DNA of 32,000 nt from Methanothermobacter thermautotrophicus str. Delta H (GTDB lineage: Archaea > Methanobacteriota > Methanobacteria > Methanobacteriales > Methanothermobacteraceae), in assembly GCF_000008645.1 (NCBI RefSeq), contig NC_000916.1:1470001-1502000 (forward strand). Reading direction: 5' to 3'. The first letter of the stretch is position 1. The number at the start of each line of letters is the position of its first letter. Both the position numbers and the translations under genes were made by a program. Positions 18,665 to 28,548 of this stretch are shown piece by piece. The notes beneath the pieces are model-generated. The model was not told the origin of the DNA, did no database searches, and saw nothing but the letters and a program-made list of their open reading frames with translations.

Positions 18665-20800
18665 TCAACCCTCGGGGACCTCATCAACGGAACAGGTGAA
18701 GCGACACTTCGGGAATCCCTTACAACCGACGAATTCCCCGTAACGTCCGGAGCGCTTTATGAGGTCTGAACCACATTCAGGGCATTTACCGACAACCTCT
18801 TCAACCTCTGATTTCTTTTTACCACATTTTGGGTCAAGACAGGCCCTCTGCCGCGGCCTTCCATAGGATATCATGGGGAGACCGCACTTTTCACAGAGAC
18901 TTTTAAGCACACTGGCGCCCCTTGGAAGTGAGTAAACGGTCCTGCAGTCAGGGTAGCTGGAACACCCCACAAAGGTGCTCCTGTTTCTGGGAGAGTATTT
19001 TATGACGAGCTTCCCACCACAGGCGGGGCATTCACCCACAACCCTGCTGTCCTGGTAGGCCCTGTAGAGTTCCTTCCCGATGTCCCTGAGGTTCTCCTCT
19101 ATGTCACTGAGTATGGATCTTACCTCTGTGATGGCCTCATCTATAACCCGGTCCTTGCTTATCTTCCCCCTCATGATGTCCTCTAGTTCCCTCTCGAACT
19201 GCCTTGTGAGTTCCTCGCTGATGATCTTCTCACAGTACCTTGTGAGGGTGTCAATTATGTTCTCACCCAGGGGACTGACCCTTATCTTTTTACCCTCAAT
19301 GTACTTCCTGTCATAGAGTTTGGCTATTATATCTGCACGTGTTGACTTGGTTCCAAGACCCCTCCTCTCGAGTTCCCTGATGAGGGAAGCCTCGTTGTAT
19401 CTTGCCGGGGGTTTTGTCTCCCTTTCATCTGCACTTACACTCCTGACAGCCAGAGAGTCTCCGCCGGATATCTCAGGGAATTCTTCATCCTCCATCTTCG
19501 TGTAGGGGTAGCTCTCCATCCAGCCCGCCTTACTGACCCTCTTCCTTGAGAAGCTGAACTCCTCTTCTCCAATTTCAAGTTCTACCTTCATGGTCTGGAG
19601 GATGGCATCCTCACCGAATACACTTATGAACCGGTGGACTATGAGGTCATAAACCTTTTTCTCATCCTTTGAGAGTTCCGATGGAAGAAGACCTGTGGGA
19701 TGTATGGCCGGGTGGGCATCATCCTCCTTTTTTCCCTCATGGGGTTTTAGGGGGCCTCTGAGCCTTTCAATGTGGACTCCGAAGCGGGGGTTCTTTGCAA
19801 GGTTTTTGAGGATCTTTTCGTACCCTATACTTTCCGGGAGCTTCTGGGATGATGTCCTGGGATATGAGGTGTAACCCTCGGTGTAGAGGTTCTGTGCAAT
19901 TGTCTGTGTCTTCTTGGGGCTGAATCCGAATACACGGTAGGCCTCTGACTGGAGGGTCCCCAGGTCGAAGGGTACCGGGGGCTTTCTGATGGTGTCCCTC
20001 ACCCTAACATCCTTAACCTCAGCGTCACTTCCCTGGCACTTCTCCAGGATGCTGTCGACAAGCTCCCGCTTGAAGATCTTGCCCCTCTTGCTCTCGGCGA
20101 TGATCCCTTCCCCGAGCTCAGCGCGTATTATCCAGTAGGGGACGGGTTTAAAGTCCCTTATCTCCTTCTCCCGTTCAACCAGTATCGCGAGGGTCGGGGT
20201 CTGAACCCTCCCGGCGGATAATTTTATGAAACGATTTGTGGCCGCCTTAACAGACTTCATGAGGGAGCGGGATATGTTTACTCCGAAAATAAAATCAAGT
20301 ATGTGCCTTGCAGCGCCGCTGTCGACCTGCCCATAGTCGACCTCAATGGGGTTCTTGTAGGCCCTCTGTATCTCCTCCCGGGTGAGGGTTGAGAACTTCA
20401 TCCTGGAGGTCTTCCGGAGGGCCTCCTCACCGCAACCGTATTTGAGGGCGTTGAAACCAATGAGGGTACCCTCAATGTCATAATCGCAGGCATGGATGTA
20501 GCGGTCAGCGCCGGCTGCAAATTTCCTTATAACGTTGAGGTAATCCTTAACGTAACCCTTCTTCTTATCGATCTCGTGTATGGGTGCCCATTCAAGGTCA
20601 AAAAAGTGTTCTTCGTTGGACTGCCTGGGGCGGAGTGAGTAGAGGTGTCCCACCGCTGATACTATGGTGACCCTCTTATCACCCTCCACATGTTCCCAGT
20701 AGGACACCTTTCCATGTTTTTTCTTCATGGCGTCTGGAAAGAGGGCCCCGGCAATCTTTTCAGATGATTTGGGCTTCTCACAGATTATAACTTCATGCAT
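18665..20800 (-). CDS. topA: DNA topoisomerase I (type IA) with C-terminal zinc-ribbon motifs; start taken at [10 protein letters not shown] (ORF extends to 20821)
   Basis: [23 protein letters not shown] toprim start, [56 protein letters not shown] active-site region, and C-terminal [21 protein letters not shown] clusters. Confidence 0.96.
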   Translation of the reverse strand: MHEVIICEKPKSSEKIAGALFPDAMKKKHGKVSYWEHVEGDKRVTIVSAVGHLYSLRPRQSNEEHFFDLEWAPIHEIDKKKGYVKDYLNVIRKFAAGADRYIHACDYDIEGTLIGFNALKYGCGEEALRKTSRMKFSTLTREEIQRAYKNPIEVDYGQVDSGAARHILDFIFGVNISRSLMKSVKAATNRFIKLSAGRVQTPTLAILVEREKEIRDFKPVPYWIIRAELGEGIIAESKRGKIFKRELVDSILEKCQGSDAEVKDVRVRDTIRKPPVPFDLGTLQSEAYRVFGFSPKKTQTIAQNLYTEGYTSYPRTSSQKLPESIGYEKILKNLAKNPRFGVHIERLRGPLKPHEGKKEDDAHPAIHPTGLLPSELSKDEKKVYDLIVHRFISVFGEDAILQTMKVELEIGEEEFSFSRKRVSKAGWMESYPYTKMEDEEFPEISGGDSLAVRSVSADERETKPPARYNEASLIRELERRGLGTKSTRADIIAKLYDRKYIEGKKIRVSPLGENIIDTLTRYCEKIISEELTRQFERELEDIMRGKISKDRVIDEAITEVRSILSDIEENLRDIGKELYRAYQDSRVVGECPACGGKLVIKYSPRNRSTFVGCSSYPDCRTVYSLPRGASVLKSLCEKCGLPMISYGRPRQRACLDPKCGKKKSEVEEVVGKCPECGSDLIKRSGRYGEFVGCKGFPKCRFTCSVDEVPEG

Positions 20801-20817
20801 CTTACCACTCAGGGATC

Positions 20818-21078
20818 TCACCTGTAGAATCCGTAGAAGTCACTGCAGTAACTGCACATGGGGTACTTACCGTAATGATAATGGCTTGAATCATCGGCGT
20901 TTATGTTGAACTTCTTATGGCATATGAAGCACTCTTCTATCTTTTCATCATCTGAAGTTTCTTCAATGCCTGGATTATCTCTGGTGTAAACCGTTTCGCT
21001 GTCTGATGTGCCAACACCGCATGGATTCCCATTTTCTGGTTCCATATTCTCTCTGTCTGAGGATTTTTCTCCACCCAT
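20818..21078 (-). CDS. Small hypothetical protein with C-terminal Cys-rich, possible zinc-binding motif
   Basis: ...[43 protein letters not shown] with CxxC...CxxC spacing. Fits tightly between the flanking same-strand genes. Confidence 0.6.
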   Translation of the reverse strand: MGGEKSSDRENMEPENGNPCGVGTSDSETVYTRDNPGIEETSDDEKIEECFICHKKFNINADDSSHYHYGKYPMCSYCSDFYGFYR

Positions 21079-21086
21079 AGGATCCC

Positions 21087-22574
21087 CTAAACTATCCTGT
21101 GCTTCTGGAGAAGAAGAATCTCATCCTTTGTAAGTTTTTTGCCCTCTTTGAACTTCTCATATATTTCACGGGCCCTTTCCTTTTCTTCAATATCCTTTTC
21201 CCTGCTTTCTCTTCTCCTGGCACTTCTGTTCTCTGATCTCAGGGCGTTTATTCTCTCGTTTATCTGGCGTATCTCACCGAGGGTTGATTTGAATTCCTCA
21301 TGCTTCTCTGAGGCCATCCTCCTGAATTCGAGGAACTTCTCATGGGCCTCATCAGCCTTCTTGCGTATCTCATCTGTTTTTCTGAAGTACTCCAGCATCT
21401 TCTCATGGTAACCCTGGGCCTCCTCAGAGAGGGCCACAACCTTCTCATGGTACTCCTCTGACTTTTTCCTGAGTTCAAGGGCCTTTTCACGGGTTTCATC
21501 GTCCTCCTGAATCTTCATGAGTTTCTTTCGAAGCTCGTTCGCTGTCTTGACAAGTTCATTCTCCTTGTTAATGTCAAGGACCCTTGTTTCAATGATCTTG
21601 TCTATTCGCTTGATCTCATTTTCAATCTTTATACGGTCCCTTCCTCCTGAGGACCATTCGAGTTTGCGTATCTCCTTGTTTATCTGGTCCCTGAGCTTCT
21701 TGTTCTCCTCGACCTTGGAGTTTATTTCATTACGTTTATCTCTCAGTTCAACAGCCCTGTTGAGTGTTTCACGAAGTTCACTGTTGAGACTGTCCCTCAG
21801 TTCCTTCATTTCACGTGCTTTTTTGTTCAGTTCATCCCTTTCAGAGGCTATTGCTGAGAGTTTGTCTTCGTATTCATTTTTGAGTTCCATAACTTCGTCG
21901 TAACTCATCTTGTTCAATTTATCATCAGCCTCTGCAACTTTTTCAATGATGGGGAGTATCTTGCGCAGATCCTTATCTTCAACAACTGCATCGGCCTTCT
22001 TCCTGAGGGCTGGCTTGGCATTGAAGGCTATGCCCAGACGTGCGGCCTCTATCATGGATATATCGTTGGCCCCGTCACCAACTGCAACGCACTCCCTGGG
22101 ACTTATACCCTCCTTCTCAAGGATCCCGCAGAGAACATCATACTTTGATTTTTCCACAAGGGGCCCGCTCACTTCACCGGTAAGTATGCCATCTTCCTCA
22201 TGGAGCCTGTTGCAGAAGAGGTAATCTATGCCGAGTTTCTCCTTTACGGGTTCAGCCACAAGGTCAAAGCTTCCACTTATAACTGCAACCAGGTACCCCT
22301 TCTCCTTGAGGGTCTTTACTGTCTCCTCGGCGCCCTCCATTAGGGGCAGTTCATCTGCAACCTTCTTTATGTCTTCCACCGCTGTTCCCTTGAGGAGTTT
22401 AACCCTCTCCCTTATTGAGGATTCAAAGTCAACATCACCCTGCATGGCCTTCTCGGTGATCTCCATTACTTCCTTTTCAACGCCAGCGATTTTTCCTATC
22501 TCGTCTATGGCTTCACCATCAATAATGACATTGTCAAGATCGAAAACTACAAGTTTAATCAAAAATATCACCAT
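21087..22574 (-). CDS. HAD-family phosphoserine-phosphatase-like domain fused to a long C-terminal coiled coil
   Basis: VVFDLDNVIIDG, VAVISGSFDLV and VAVGDGANDISMIEAARLGIAFNAKP are SerB-like HAD motifs. Residues about 240-495 are almost entirely charged heptad-like sequence. Confidence 0.88.
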   Translation of the reverse strand: MVIFLIKLVVFDLDNVIIDGEAIDEIGKIAGVEKEVMEITEKAMQGDVDFESSIRERVKLLKGTAVEDIKKVADELPLMEGAEETVKTLKEKGYLVAVISGSFDLVAEPVKEKLGIDYLFCNRLHEEDGILTGEVSGPLVEKSKYDVLCGILEKEGISPRECVAVGDGANDISMIEAARLGIAFNAKPALRKKADAVVEDKDLRKILPIIEKVAEADDKLNKMSYDEVMELKNEYEDKLSAIASERDELNKKAREMKELRDSLNSELRETLNRAVELRDKRNEINSKVEENKKLRDQINKEIRKLEWSSGGRDRIKIENEIKRIDKIIETRVLDINKENELVKTANELRKKLMKIQEDDETREKALELRKKSEEYHEKVVALSEEAQGYHEKMLEYFRKTDEIRKKADEAHEKFLEFRRMASEKHEEFKSTLGEIRQINERINALRSENRSARRRESREKDIEEKERAREIYEKFKEGKKLTKDEILLLQKHRIV

Positions 22575-23119
22575 TAAATCAGATCTAACTCGGCAAGCCT
22601 TGCCTTAGTCTTTTCAACTCCAAGTTTAGCATCCTCTGCACTCTTGGCTCCTGTACATACAACCTTACCTGAACCGAATAACAGGAGCACCACCTTGGGA
22701 TCATCCAGTCTGTAAACGAGTCCAGGGAACTGTTCAGGTTCGTACTCTGTATTTTCAAGTCCAAGGGCAACAGCCTCAAGGTTAAGTGGTTTTCCAAGGT
22801 TCGCCGAGGCCACAATGTTCTGGATCTTTATTTCAAATTCCTCTGGTATGTCAGGATCCATGGTCCTCATCATGTCAACCGTCAGTTTTATGGCCCTCTT
22901 GGAGTCCTCTATTGATTTGGCTCCTGTACATACGAGTTTGCCTGATCCAAAGATCAGTGCAGCCGTCTTCGGCTCCTTTAATTTGTACACAAGCCCCGGG
23001 AACTGTTCCCTGTTAAAATCAACATTCTCAAGGGCTTCTGCAACTGTCTGAAGATCAATGGATTTTCCAAGGGTTGCTGAAGCAACAATATTTTCTATTT
23101 TGATATCCACATCTGTCAA
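22574..23119 (-). CDS. tbp: TATA-box binding protein (TTG start)
   Basis: DVKIENIVASATLGKSIDLQTVAEALENVDFNREQFPGLVYKLKEPKTAALIFGSGKLVCTGAKS... followed by the second, similar half EIKIQNIVASANLGKPLNLEAVALGLENTEYEPEQFPGLVYRLDDPKVVLLLFGSGKVVCTGAKS. Confidence 0.98.
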   Translation of the reverse strand: MTDVDIKIENIVASATLGKSIDLQTVAEALENVDFNREQFPGLVYKLKEPKTAALIFGSGKLVCTGAKSIEDSKRAIKLTVDMMRTMDPDIPEEFEIKIQNIVASANLGKPLNLEAVALGLENTEYEPEQFPGLVYRLDDPKVVLLLFGSGKVVCTGAKSAEDAKLGVEKTKARLAELDLI

Positions 23120-23147
23120 CTAGATACCTCCCGGTGAAGTTAAACCT

Positions 23148-23165
23148 ACATATAAATTTAAATGC
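23148..23165 (-). promoter_or_regulatory. Candidate TATA element for tbp (aaatttatatg on the minus strand)
   Basis: Plus strand catataaatttaaatg about 30-45 nt upstream of the tbp start. An RBS-like GGGAGGT lies just upstream of the TTG. Confidence 0.45.
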
Positions 23166-23339
23166 ACCTATATTAATATTGACGTAAAAAACTAGTTATT
23201 ATGAATAATAACGCGGTTAATATTCAGCGTTTATCATTCCTCAATTGAAAAATTATTGCGGCCTATCATCAAACTCTTTTCATATTTTAAGCACCATCCT
23301 TAAATAATTTAACATACTTAATGAATAGAGGGGGATGAA

Positions 23340-23723
23340 GTGGTTATTGATCCAAGGTTTTACAAGGAACAGGTTGAGGAACTTGGAATTGAGGGCATTG
23401 AAATAGACCCCTCATCTGAGGAGGAGGCCCTCAGGATTCTGAGGGAGGTTGAAGACGCTATAAGGAATCTGAAGAGGATAAGGTACAACCTCCATATGGA
23501 CATGAGATTAATAAGGAGGGAGTACCTTGAGAAAATGAGGGACCCTGACATCAGGGGCGATGTCAAAAGGAGAAGGGCTCTTATGGATGAGAGGGATAAT
23601 CTCCTGGGCCCCTATGAGGGAGTGGACAGGATAATCGACACGCTCCTTGAACAGCTGGAAGAGGCGAGCATATTCCTGAGGGAATACGCCGGTCTTGAGA
23701 TCGCCAGCACTGAAGAGTGGTAA
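23340..23723 (+). CDS. Conserved-looking hypothetical protein, helical, 127 aa
   Basis: MVIDPRFYKEQVEELGIEGIEIDPSSEEEALRILREVEDAIRNLKRIRYNLHMDMRLIRREYLEKMRDPDIRGDVKRRRALMDERDNLLGPYEGVDRIIDTLLEQLEEA. Coding-like composition, AT-rich promoter region upstream. Confidence 0.75.
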   Translation: MVIDPRFYKEQVEELGIEGIEIDPSSEEEALRILREVEDAIRNLKRIRYNLHMDMRLIRREYLEKMRDPDIRGDVKRRRALMDERDNLLGPYEGVDRIIDTLLEQLEEASIFLREYAGLEIASTEEW

Positions 23724-23813
23724 TGGAGTTTCTGAAACTGTTTTAGAGCATCCAGGTATGTGCACTCTACTTTATGATTATGTCTGTGTTAGAGCACTGA
23801 AGGGTGGTAGCAT

Positions 23814-24347
23814 TTGATTGAGGTTGAGGTTAAGGCAAAAATTCATGATAGAGATGAGATGGTTGATCGGATACTCTCAGTTGGAGGCGTTCATGTCTCT
23901 GACGAGGAGCAGCATGACCTGTATTTCAACGCCCCCCACAGGGACTTCGCAAGGACAGACGAGGCCCTGAGGATAAGAAGATCCGGTGGGAGGACCTTCA
24001 TCACCTACAAGGGCCCCAAGATAGATGAAGAGAGCAAGACAAGAAAGGAACTCGAGACGGAGGTCGCTGACCCGGGGACGGCCGCAGAGATACTGGAATC
24101 CCTCGGCTTCAGGATGGTGAGGGAGGTCGTAAAGGAACGCAGGATCTACAGTGTGGGGGAGTTCACAGTTTCCATTGACACCGTAATGGGCCTGGGGACC
24201 TACCTTGAAATTGAGAGGGATCTACCCGACGGAAGTGACTATGCCGGGGCCCTCAGGGAGATATTTGAGCTCTACAGAAAACTTGGCATCGAGGACGGAT
24301 TTGAGAGGAGGTCATACCTCGAGCTCCTTGAACTGGGCGAGGAGTAA
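23814..24347 (+). CDS. CYTH domain protein (class IV adenylate cyclase CyaB / triphosphatase family), TTG start
   Basis: MIEVEVKAKIHDRDEMVDRIL, the ExExK signature, then DEALRIRRSGGRTFITYKGPK and FTVSIDTVMGLGTYLEIE. Confidence 0.93.
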   Translation: MIEVEVKAKIHDRDEMVDRILSVGGVHVSDEEQHDLYFNAPHRDFARTDEALRIRRSGGRTFITYKGPKIDEESKTRKELETEVADPGTAAEILESLGFRMVREVVKERRIYSVGEFTVSIDTVMGLGTYLEIERDLPDGSDYAGALREIFELYRKLGIEDGFERRSYLELLELGEE

Positions 24348-24464
24348 GGCTGATGGTCCTCAGATATTTTCAAATTCACTGATGCAGTCTCTGATCATTA
24401 TCATACCATAACACGTAATGACCCACCATATTTCAGCCACCGGAATATGGATGCACTCTCAAAC

Positions 24465-24490
24465 CTTTTATACTAATATATCTAATTTTA
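24465..24490 (+). promoter_or_regulatory. Candidate archaeal promoter (TTTTATACTAATATATC) upstream of the homocitrate-synthase-like gene
   Basis: AT-rich TATA-like stretch in the 190-nt intergenic region, about 60 nt upstream of the TTG start. Confidence 0.4.
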
Positions 24491-24538
24491 AATAAATGCC
24501 AAGTATTCATTTTAATAAAGCATTAAGGTGGTAATCCC

Positions 24539-25714
24539 TTGAGATACTTTGTTAGCCCCTTCAATAAAGAAGCTGAATTAAAATTTCCTGACAGGATCAC
24601 GATTTACGATACAACACTGCGTGACGGGGAGCAGACCCCCGGTGTATGCCTTGGAACAGAAGAAAAACTTGAAATAGCCAGAAAACTTGATGAGCTCGGC
24701 ATACATCAGATAGAGAGCGGATTTCCGGTTGTATCAGAACAGGAAAGAGTTTCAGTGAAGTCCATTGCAAATGAGGGCCTCAATGCAGAGATACTGGCAC
24801 TCTGCAGGACAAAGAAGGATGACATCGACGCAGCAATAGACTGTGATGTGGATGGAGTCATAACCTTCATGGCAACATCGGACCTCCACCTGAAACACAA
24901 ACTCAAACTCACAAGGGAGGAGGCCCTCAACGTCTGTATGAACTCCATAGAGTATGCCAAGGATCACGGGCTTTTCCTGGCATTTTCAGCAGAGGATGCA
25001 ACAAGGACAGACCTCGACTTCCTCAAGCAGATCTACCGGAAGGCCGAGAACTATGGTGCAGACAGGGTCCACATTGCAGATACCGTGGGCGCCATAAGCC
25101 CCCAGGGTATGGACTACCTTGTCAGGGAACTGCGCAGGGACATCAAGGTTGACATAGCACTCCACTGCCACAACGACTTTGGAATGGCCCTATCGAACTC
25201 AATAGCAGGGCTACTTGCAGGTGGGACTGCAGTCTCAACCACAGTTAACGGTATAGGTGAAAGGGCGGGCAACACATCCCTTGAGGAGCTGATCATGGCC
25301 CTGAGGATAATCTATGAGGTTGACCTCGGATTCAACATAGGCGTCCTCTATGAACTTTCAAGGCTTGTGGAGAAACACACAAGAATGAAGGTACCTGAGA
25401 ACAAGCCGATAGTCGGCAGGAACGTATTCAGACACGAATCAGGTATACACGTCGACGCGGTCATAGAGGAGCCCCTAACCTATGAGCCATTCCTTCCAGA
25501 GATGATAGGCCACCAGCGCAAGATAGTGCTGGGGAAACACTCCGGGTGCCGTGCGGTCAAGGCCAAACTTGAGGAGTACGGCATCGATGTTACGAGGGAT
25601 GAACTCTGCAGGATAGTGGAGGAGGTAAAGAAAAACAGGGAGAAGGGTAAGTACATCAACGATGAACTCTTCTACAGGATTGTGAAGTCCGTAAGGGGAC
25701 CTGTAGACTTCTAG
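24539..25714 (+). CDS. aksA: Homocitrate synthase / 2-isopropylmalate synthase family (likely AksA-type), TTG start
   Basis: DRITIYDTTLRDGEQTPGVCLGTEEKLEIARKLDELGIHQIESGFP...ADRVHIADTVGAISPQ...DIALHCHNDFGMALSNS...TVNGIGERAGNTSLEEL. Substrate assignment is from general knowledge of methanogen pathways. Confidence 0.85.
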   Translation: MRYFVSPFNKEAELKFPDRITIYDTTLRDGEQTPGVCLGTEEKLEIARKLDELGIHQIESGFPVVSEQERVSVKSIANEGLNAEILALCRTKKDDIDAAIDCDVDGVITFMATSDLHLKHKLKLTREEALNVCMNSIEYAKDHGLFLAFSAEDATRTDLDFLKQIYRKAENYGADRVHIADTVGAISPQGMDYLVRELRRDIKVDIALHCHNDFGMALSNSIAGLLAGGTAVSTTVNGIGERAGNTSLEELIMALRIIYEVDLGFNIGVLYELSRLVEKHTRMKVPENKPIVGRNVFRHESGIHVDAVIEEPLTYEPFLPEMIGHQRKIVLGKHSGCRAVKAKLEEYGIDVTRDELCRIVEEVKKNREKGKYINDELFYRIVKSVRGPVDF

Positions 25715-27001
25715 GTGGTTAAAATGAACATGACAGAGAAGATCCTCGCAGAGGCAGCAGGACTCAGGGAGGTCACACCCGGCGAGATAATAGAGGCAAG
25801 GGTTGACCTCGCCATGACCCATGACGGCACCTCACCCCCCACCATCAGGACCTTCAGGGATATAGCCTCAAGGGGAGGCCCCGCTAGGGTCTGGGACCCC
25901 GAGAGGATAGTCATGGTATTTGATCACAACGTACCAGCCAACACAATAGGTGCCGCGGAGTTCCAGAGGGTCACAAGGGAATTCGCCAGGGAACAGGGTA
26001 TAGTGAACATATTCCAGAACGCAGCAGGCATATGCCACCAGGTTCTGCCTGAGAGGGGATTTGTAAGACCTGGCATGGTCATTGTTGGGGCGGACTCCCA
26101 CACCTGCACCTACGGAGCCTTCGGAGCCTTCGCAACAGGCATGGGGGCGACTGACATGGCCATGGTCTTTGCAACAGGCAAAACCTGGTTCATGGTACCT
26201 GAGGCAATGAGAATCGAGGTTACAGGTGAACCTGAGGGCCACGTGTATGCAAAGGACGTCATACTCCACATCATAGGCGAGATCGGTGTTGATGGTGCAA
26301 CCTACCGTTCCGTGGAATTCACAGGAGACACCATAGAGAGCATGGATGTCTCCGGGAGGATGACCATCTGCAACATGGCCGTGGAGATGGGTGCAAAGAA
26401 CGGTATAATGGAGCCCAACCGGCAGACCCTTGACTATGTGAGGGCAAGGACAGGCAGGGAATTCAGGGTTTACAGTTCAGATGAGGACAGCCAGTACCTG
26501 GAGGATCACCACTTCGATGTCTCAGACCTTGAACCCCAGGTGGCCTGTCCAGATGATGTTGACAACGTCTACCCTGTCCACAGGGTTGAGGGAACCCACA
26601 TAGACGAGGCCTTCCTGGGTTCATGCACCAACGGCCGGTACGAGGACCTGAAAATCGCCGCAGAGGTTATAGGCGACAGGAGGGTCCATGAGGATGTGAG
26701 GTTCATAGTCTCGCCGGCATCAAGGGAGATCTACCTTAAGGCACTGGAGGATGGTATAATAGAGACCTTCATCAGGGCAGGGGCGATAGTCTGCAACCCT
26801 GGCTGCGGCCCGTGCCTGGGGGCCCATATGGGAGTCCTTGCCCCGGGGGAGGTCAGCATAGCAACAACCAACAGAAACTTCAGGGGAAGGATGGGTGACC
26901 CTGCATCCAGCGTCTACCTGGCCAACCCGGCAGTCGTCGCAGAATCCGCCATTGAAGGGGTAATAAGCGCCCCTCAACAGGAGGCAGGAAATGGATGTTA
27001 A
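25715..27001 (+). CDS. hacA: Homoaconitase / 3-isopropylmalate dehydratase large subunit family
   Basis: TEKILAEAAGLREVTPGEIIEARVDLAMTHDGT...IVGADSHTCTYGAFGAFATGMGATDMA...EAFLGSCTNGRYEDL...AIVCNPGCGPCLGAHMGVLAPGEVSIATTNRNFRGRMG. Confidence 0.92.
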   Translation: MVKMNMTEKILAEAAGLREVTPGEIIEARVDLAMTHDGTSPPTIRTFRDIASRGGPARVWDPERIVMVFDHNVPANTIGAAEFQRVTREFAREQGIVNIFQNAAGICHQVLPERGFVRPGMVIVGADSHTCTYGAFGAFATGMGATDMAMVFATGKTWFMVPEAMRIEVTGEPEGHVYAKDVILHIIGEIGVDGATYRSVEFTGDTIESMDVSGRMTICNMAVEMGAKNGIMEPNRQTLDYVRARTGREFRVYSSDEDSQYLEDHHFDVSDLEPQVACPDDVDNVYPVHRVEGTHIDEAFLGSCTNGRYEDLKIAAEVIGDRRVHEDVRFIVSPASREIYLKALEDGIIETFIRAGAIVCNPGCGPCLGAHMGVLAPGEVSIATTNRNFRGRMGDPASSVYLANPAVVAESAIEGVISAPQQEAGNGC

Positions 27002-27530
27002 TGTCATGGAGGAGATTGAACGTATTGAGAGGCTCATAGGGAAACTCTCAAACACCCAGAAGATACTGCTCTCAACAGACGGCTCGGTAACAAGGATACT
27101 TGACGTTCTGCGGGGAACAGTGACCATAAGGACCCTGAAACAGGAATTCATACCCTGCAACCAGGAAATAGCAGATAAGCTCAACATCTCCATGGGAGAC
27201 CCTGTGAACTACAGGGTTGTTGTCATAGGAAACAGGGAGCCCCTCATACATGCAGTATCATACATCCCCCTCTCAAGGCTCGACGATGGGTTCAGGGAGG
27301 ATCTCATAAGGGCCGATGTACCCATAGGGAGGATCCTGAAGAAGCATAACATAGAGTCAAGGAGGGAGATAGAGGTCCTTGACATTGAGAACCCGGACCC
27401 CCAGCTGAGGGAGATCTTTGGGACAGACTCCCCGATGCTCACAAGGACCTACAATATCATCCATGAAGGTGAGGTTCTCATAAGGATAAAGGAGACCTTC
27501 CCCTTCGAATGGTTCAGGGAGGAGTTTTAG
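26991..27530 (+). CDS. Chorismate pyruvate-lyase (UbiC)-like protein, DUF98 type
   Basis: NTQKILLSTDGSVTRILDVLRGTVTIRTLKQEFIPC...VVVIGNREPLIHAVSYIPLSRLDDGFREDLIRADVPIGRILKKHNIESRREI. Confidence 0.7.
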   Translation: MDVNVMEEIERIERLIGKLSNTQKILLSTDGSVTRILDVLRGTVTIRTLKQEFIPCNQEIADKLNISMGDPVNYRVVVIGNREPLIHAVSYIPLSRLDDGFREDLIRADVPIGRILKKHNIESRREIEVLDIENPDPQLREIFGTDSPMLTRTYNIIHEGEVLIRIKETFPFEWFREEF

Positions 27531-27549
27531 AGATTCACCGGGTGTTCAT

Positions 27550-28536
27550 ATGGGAGTTAAACTCAGGGATGTTGTATCACCCCGCAGGATACGCCTTGAG
27601 GACCTTAGGGGAAGAACGGTCGCAGTCGATGCAGCCAACACACTCTACCAGTTCCTATCAAGCATAAGGCAGAGGGATGGAACACCCCTCATGGATTCCA
27701 GGGGTAGAGTAACATCACACCTCAGCGGCATACTCTACAGGACGGCCGCGGTCATGGAGAGGGAGATAAGGGTCATATATGTCTTCGATGGAAGGTCCCA
27801 CCACCTCAAGGGCGAGACCGTGAGCAGGAGGGCTGATATCCGGAAGAAATCTGAGGTTGAGTGGAAGAGGGCCCTTGAGGAGGGGGACATTGACAGGGCG
27901 AAAAAATATGCTGTAAGGTCCTCAAGGATGTCCTCAGAAATACTGGAGAGTTCAAAGAGGCTCCTGGAACTTCTGGGAATACCCTATGTACAGGCACCCG
28001 GTGAGGGGGAGGCTCAGGCATCATACATGGTTAAGATGGGCGATGCATGGGCCGTGGCATCCCAGGACTATGACTGTCTCCTCTTTGGCGCCCCAAGGGT
28101 TGTAAGGAACCTCACCCTCAGCGGAAAACTTGAGGACCCCGAGATCATTGAACTGGAGTCCACCCTCAGGGAACTCTCAATCAGCCACACACAGCTCGTG
28201 GATATGGCACTACTCGTCGGGACTGACTTCAATGAGGGTGTAAAGGGGATAGGCGCAAGGAGGGGACTCAAACTCATCAGGGAGAAGGGCGACATTTTCA
28301 AAGTCATCAGGGACCTTGAAGCTGACATAGGTGGCGACCCCCAGGTTCTCAGGAGGATCTTTCTGGAGCCAGAGGTTTCAGAGGACTATGAGATCAGGTG
28401 GAGAAAACCTGACGTGGAAGGTGTTATCGAGTTCCTGTGCACTGAACACGGCTTTTCAGAGGACCGTGTGAGGGCTGCACTTAAAAAATTTGAGGGTGCA
28501 TCCTCCACCCAGAAGAGCCTGGAGGACTGGTTCTGA
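27550..28536 (+). CDS. fen: Flap endonuclease 1 (GTG start)
   Basis: VKLRDVVSPRRIRLEDLRGRTVAVDAANTLYQFLSSIRQRDGTPLMDSRGRVTSHLSGILYRT...YVQAPGEGEAQASYM...SQDYDCLLFG...VGTDFNEGVKGIGARRGLKLI...ASSTQKSLEDWF (C-terminal PIP box). Confidence 0.98.
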   Translation: MGVKLRDVVSPRRIRLEDLRGRTVAVDAANTLYQFLSSIRQRDGTPLMDSRGRVTSHLSGILYRTAAVMEREIRVIYVFDGRSHHLKGETVSRRADIRKKSEVEWKRALEEGDIDRAKKYAVRSSRMSSEILESSKRLLELLGIPYVQAPGEGEAQASYMVKMGDAWAVASQDYDCLLFGAPRVVRNLTLSGKLEDPEIIELESTLRELSISHTQLVDMALLVGTDFNEGVKGIGARRGLKLIREKGDIFKVIRDLEADIGGDPQVLRRIFLEPEVSEDYEIRWRKPDVEGVIEFLCTEHGFSEDRVRAALKKFEGASSTQKSLEDWF

Positions 28537-28548
28537 AAGCATTAATTT

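Noticed and set aside
20727-20909. Plus-strand ORF spanning the topA start
   Set aside because: Antisense overlap with two same-strand genes and no family signal.
22574-23119. Near-duplicate sequence halves in the tbp region, initially seen as a tandem repeat
   Set aside because: This is the well-known internal two-fold repeat of TBP.
25868-26269. 133-aa antisense ORF, plus several others opposite aksA, hacA, aglB, ftsY and drg
   Set aside because: All lie opposite confidently assigned genes and have Cys/His/Ser-rich translations typical of spurious complements.
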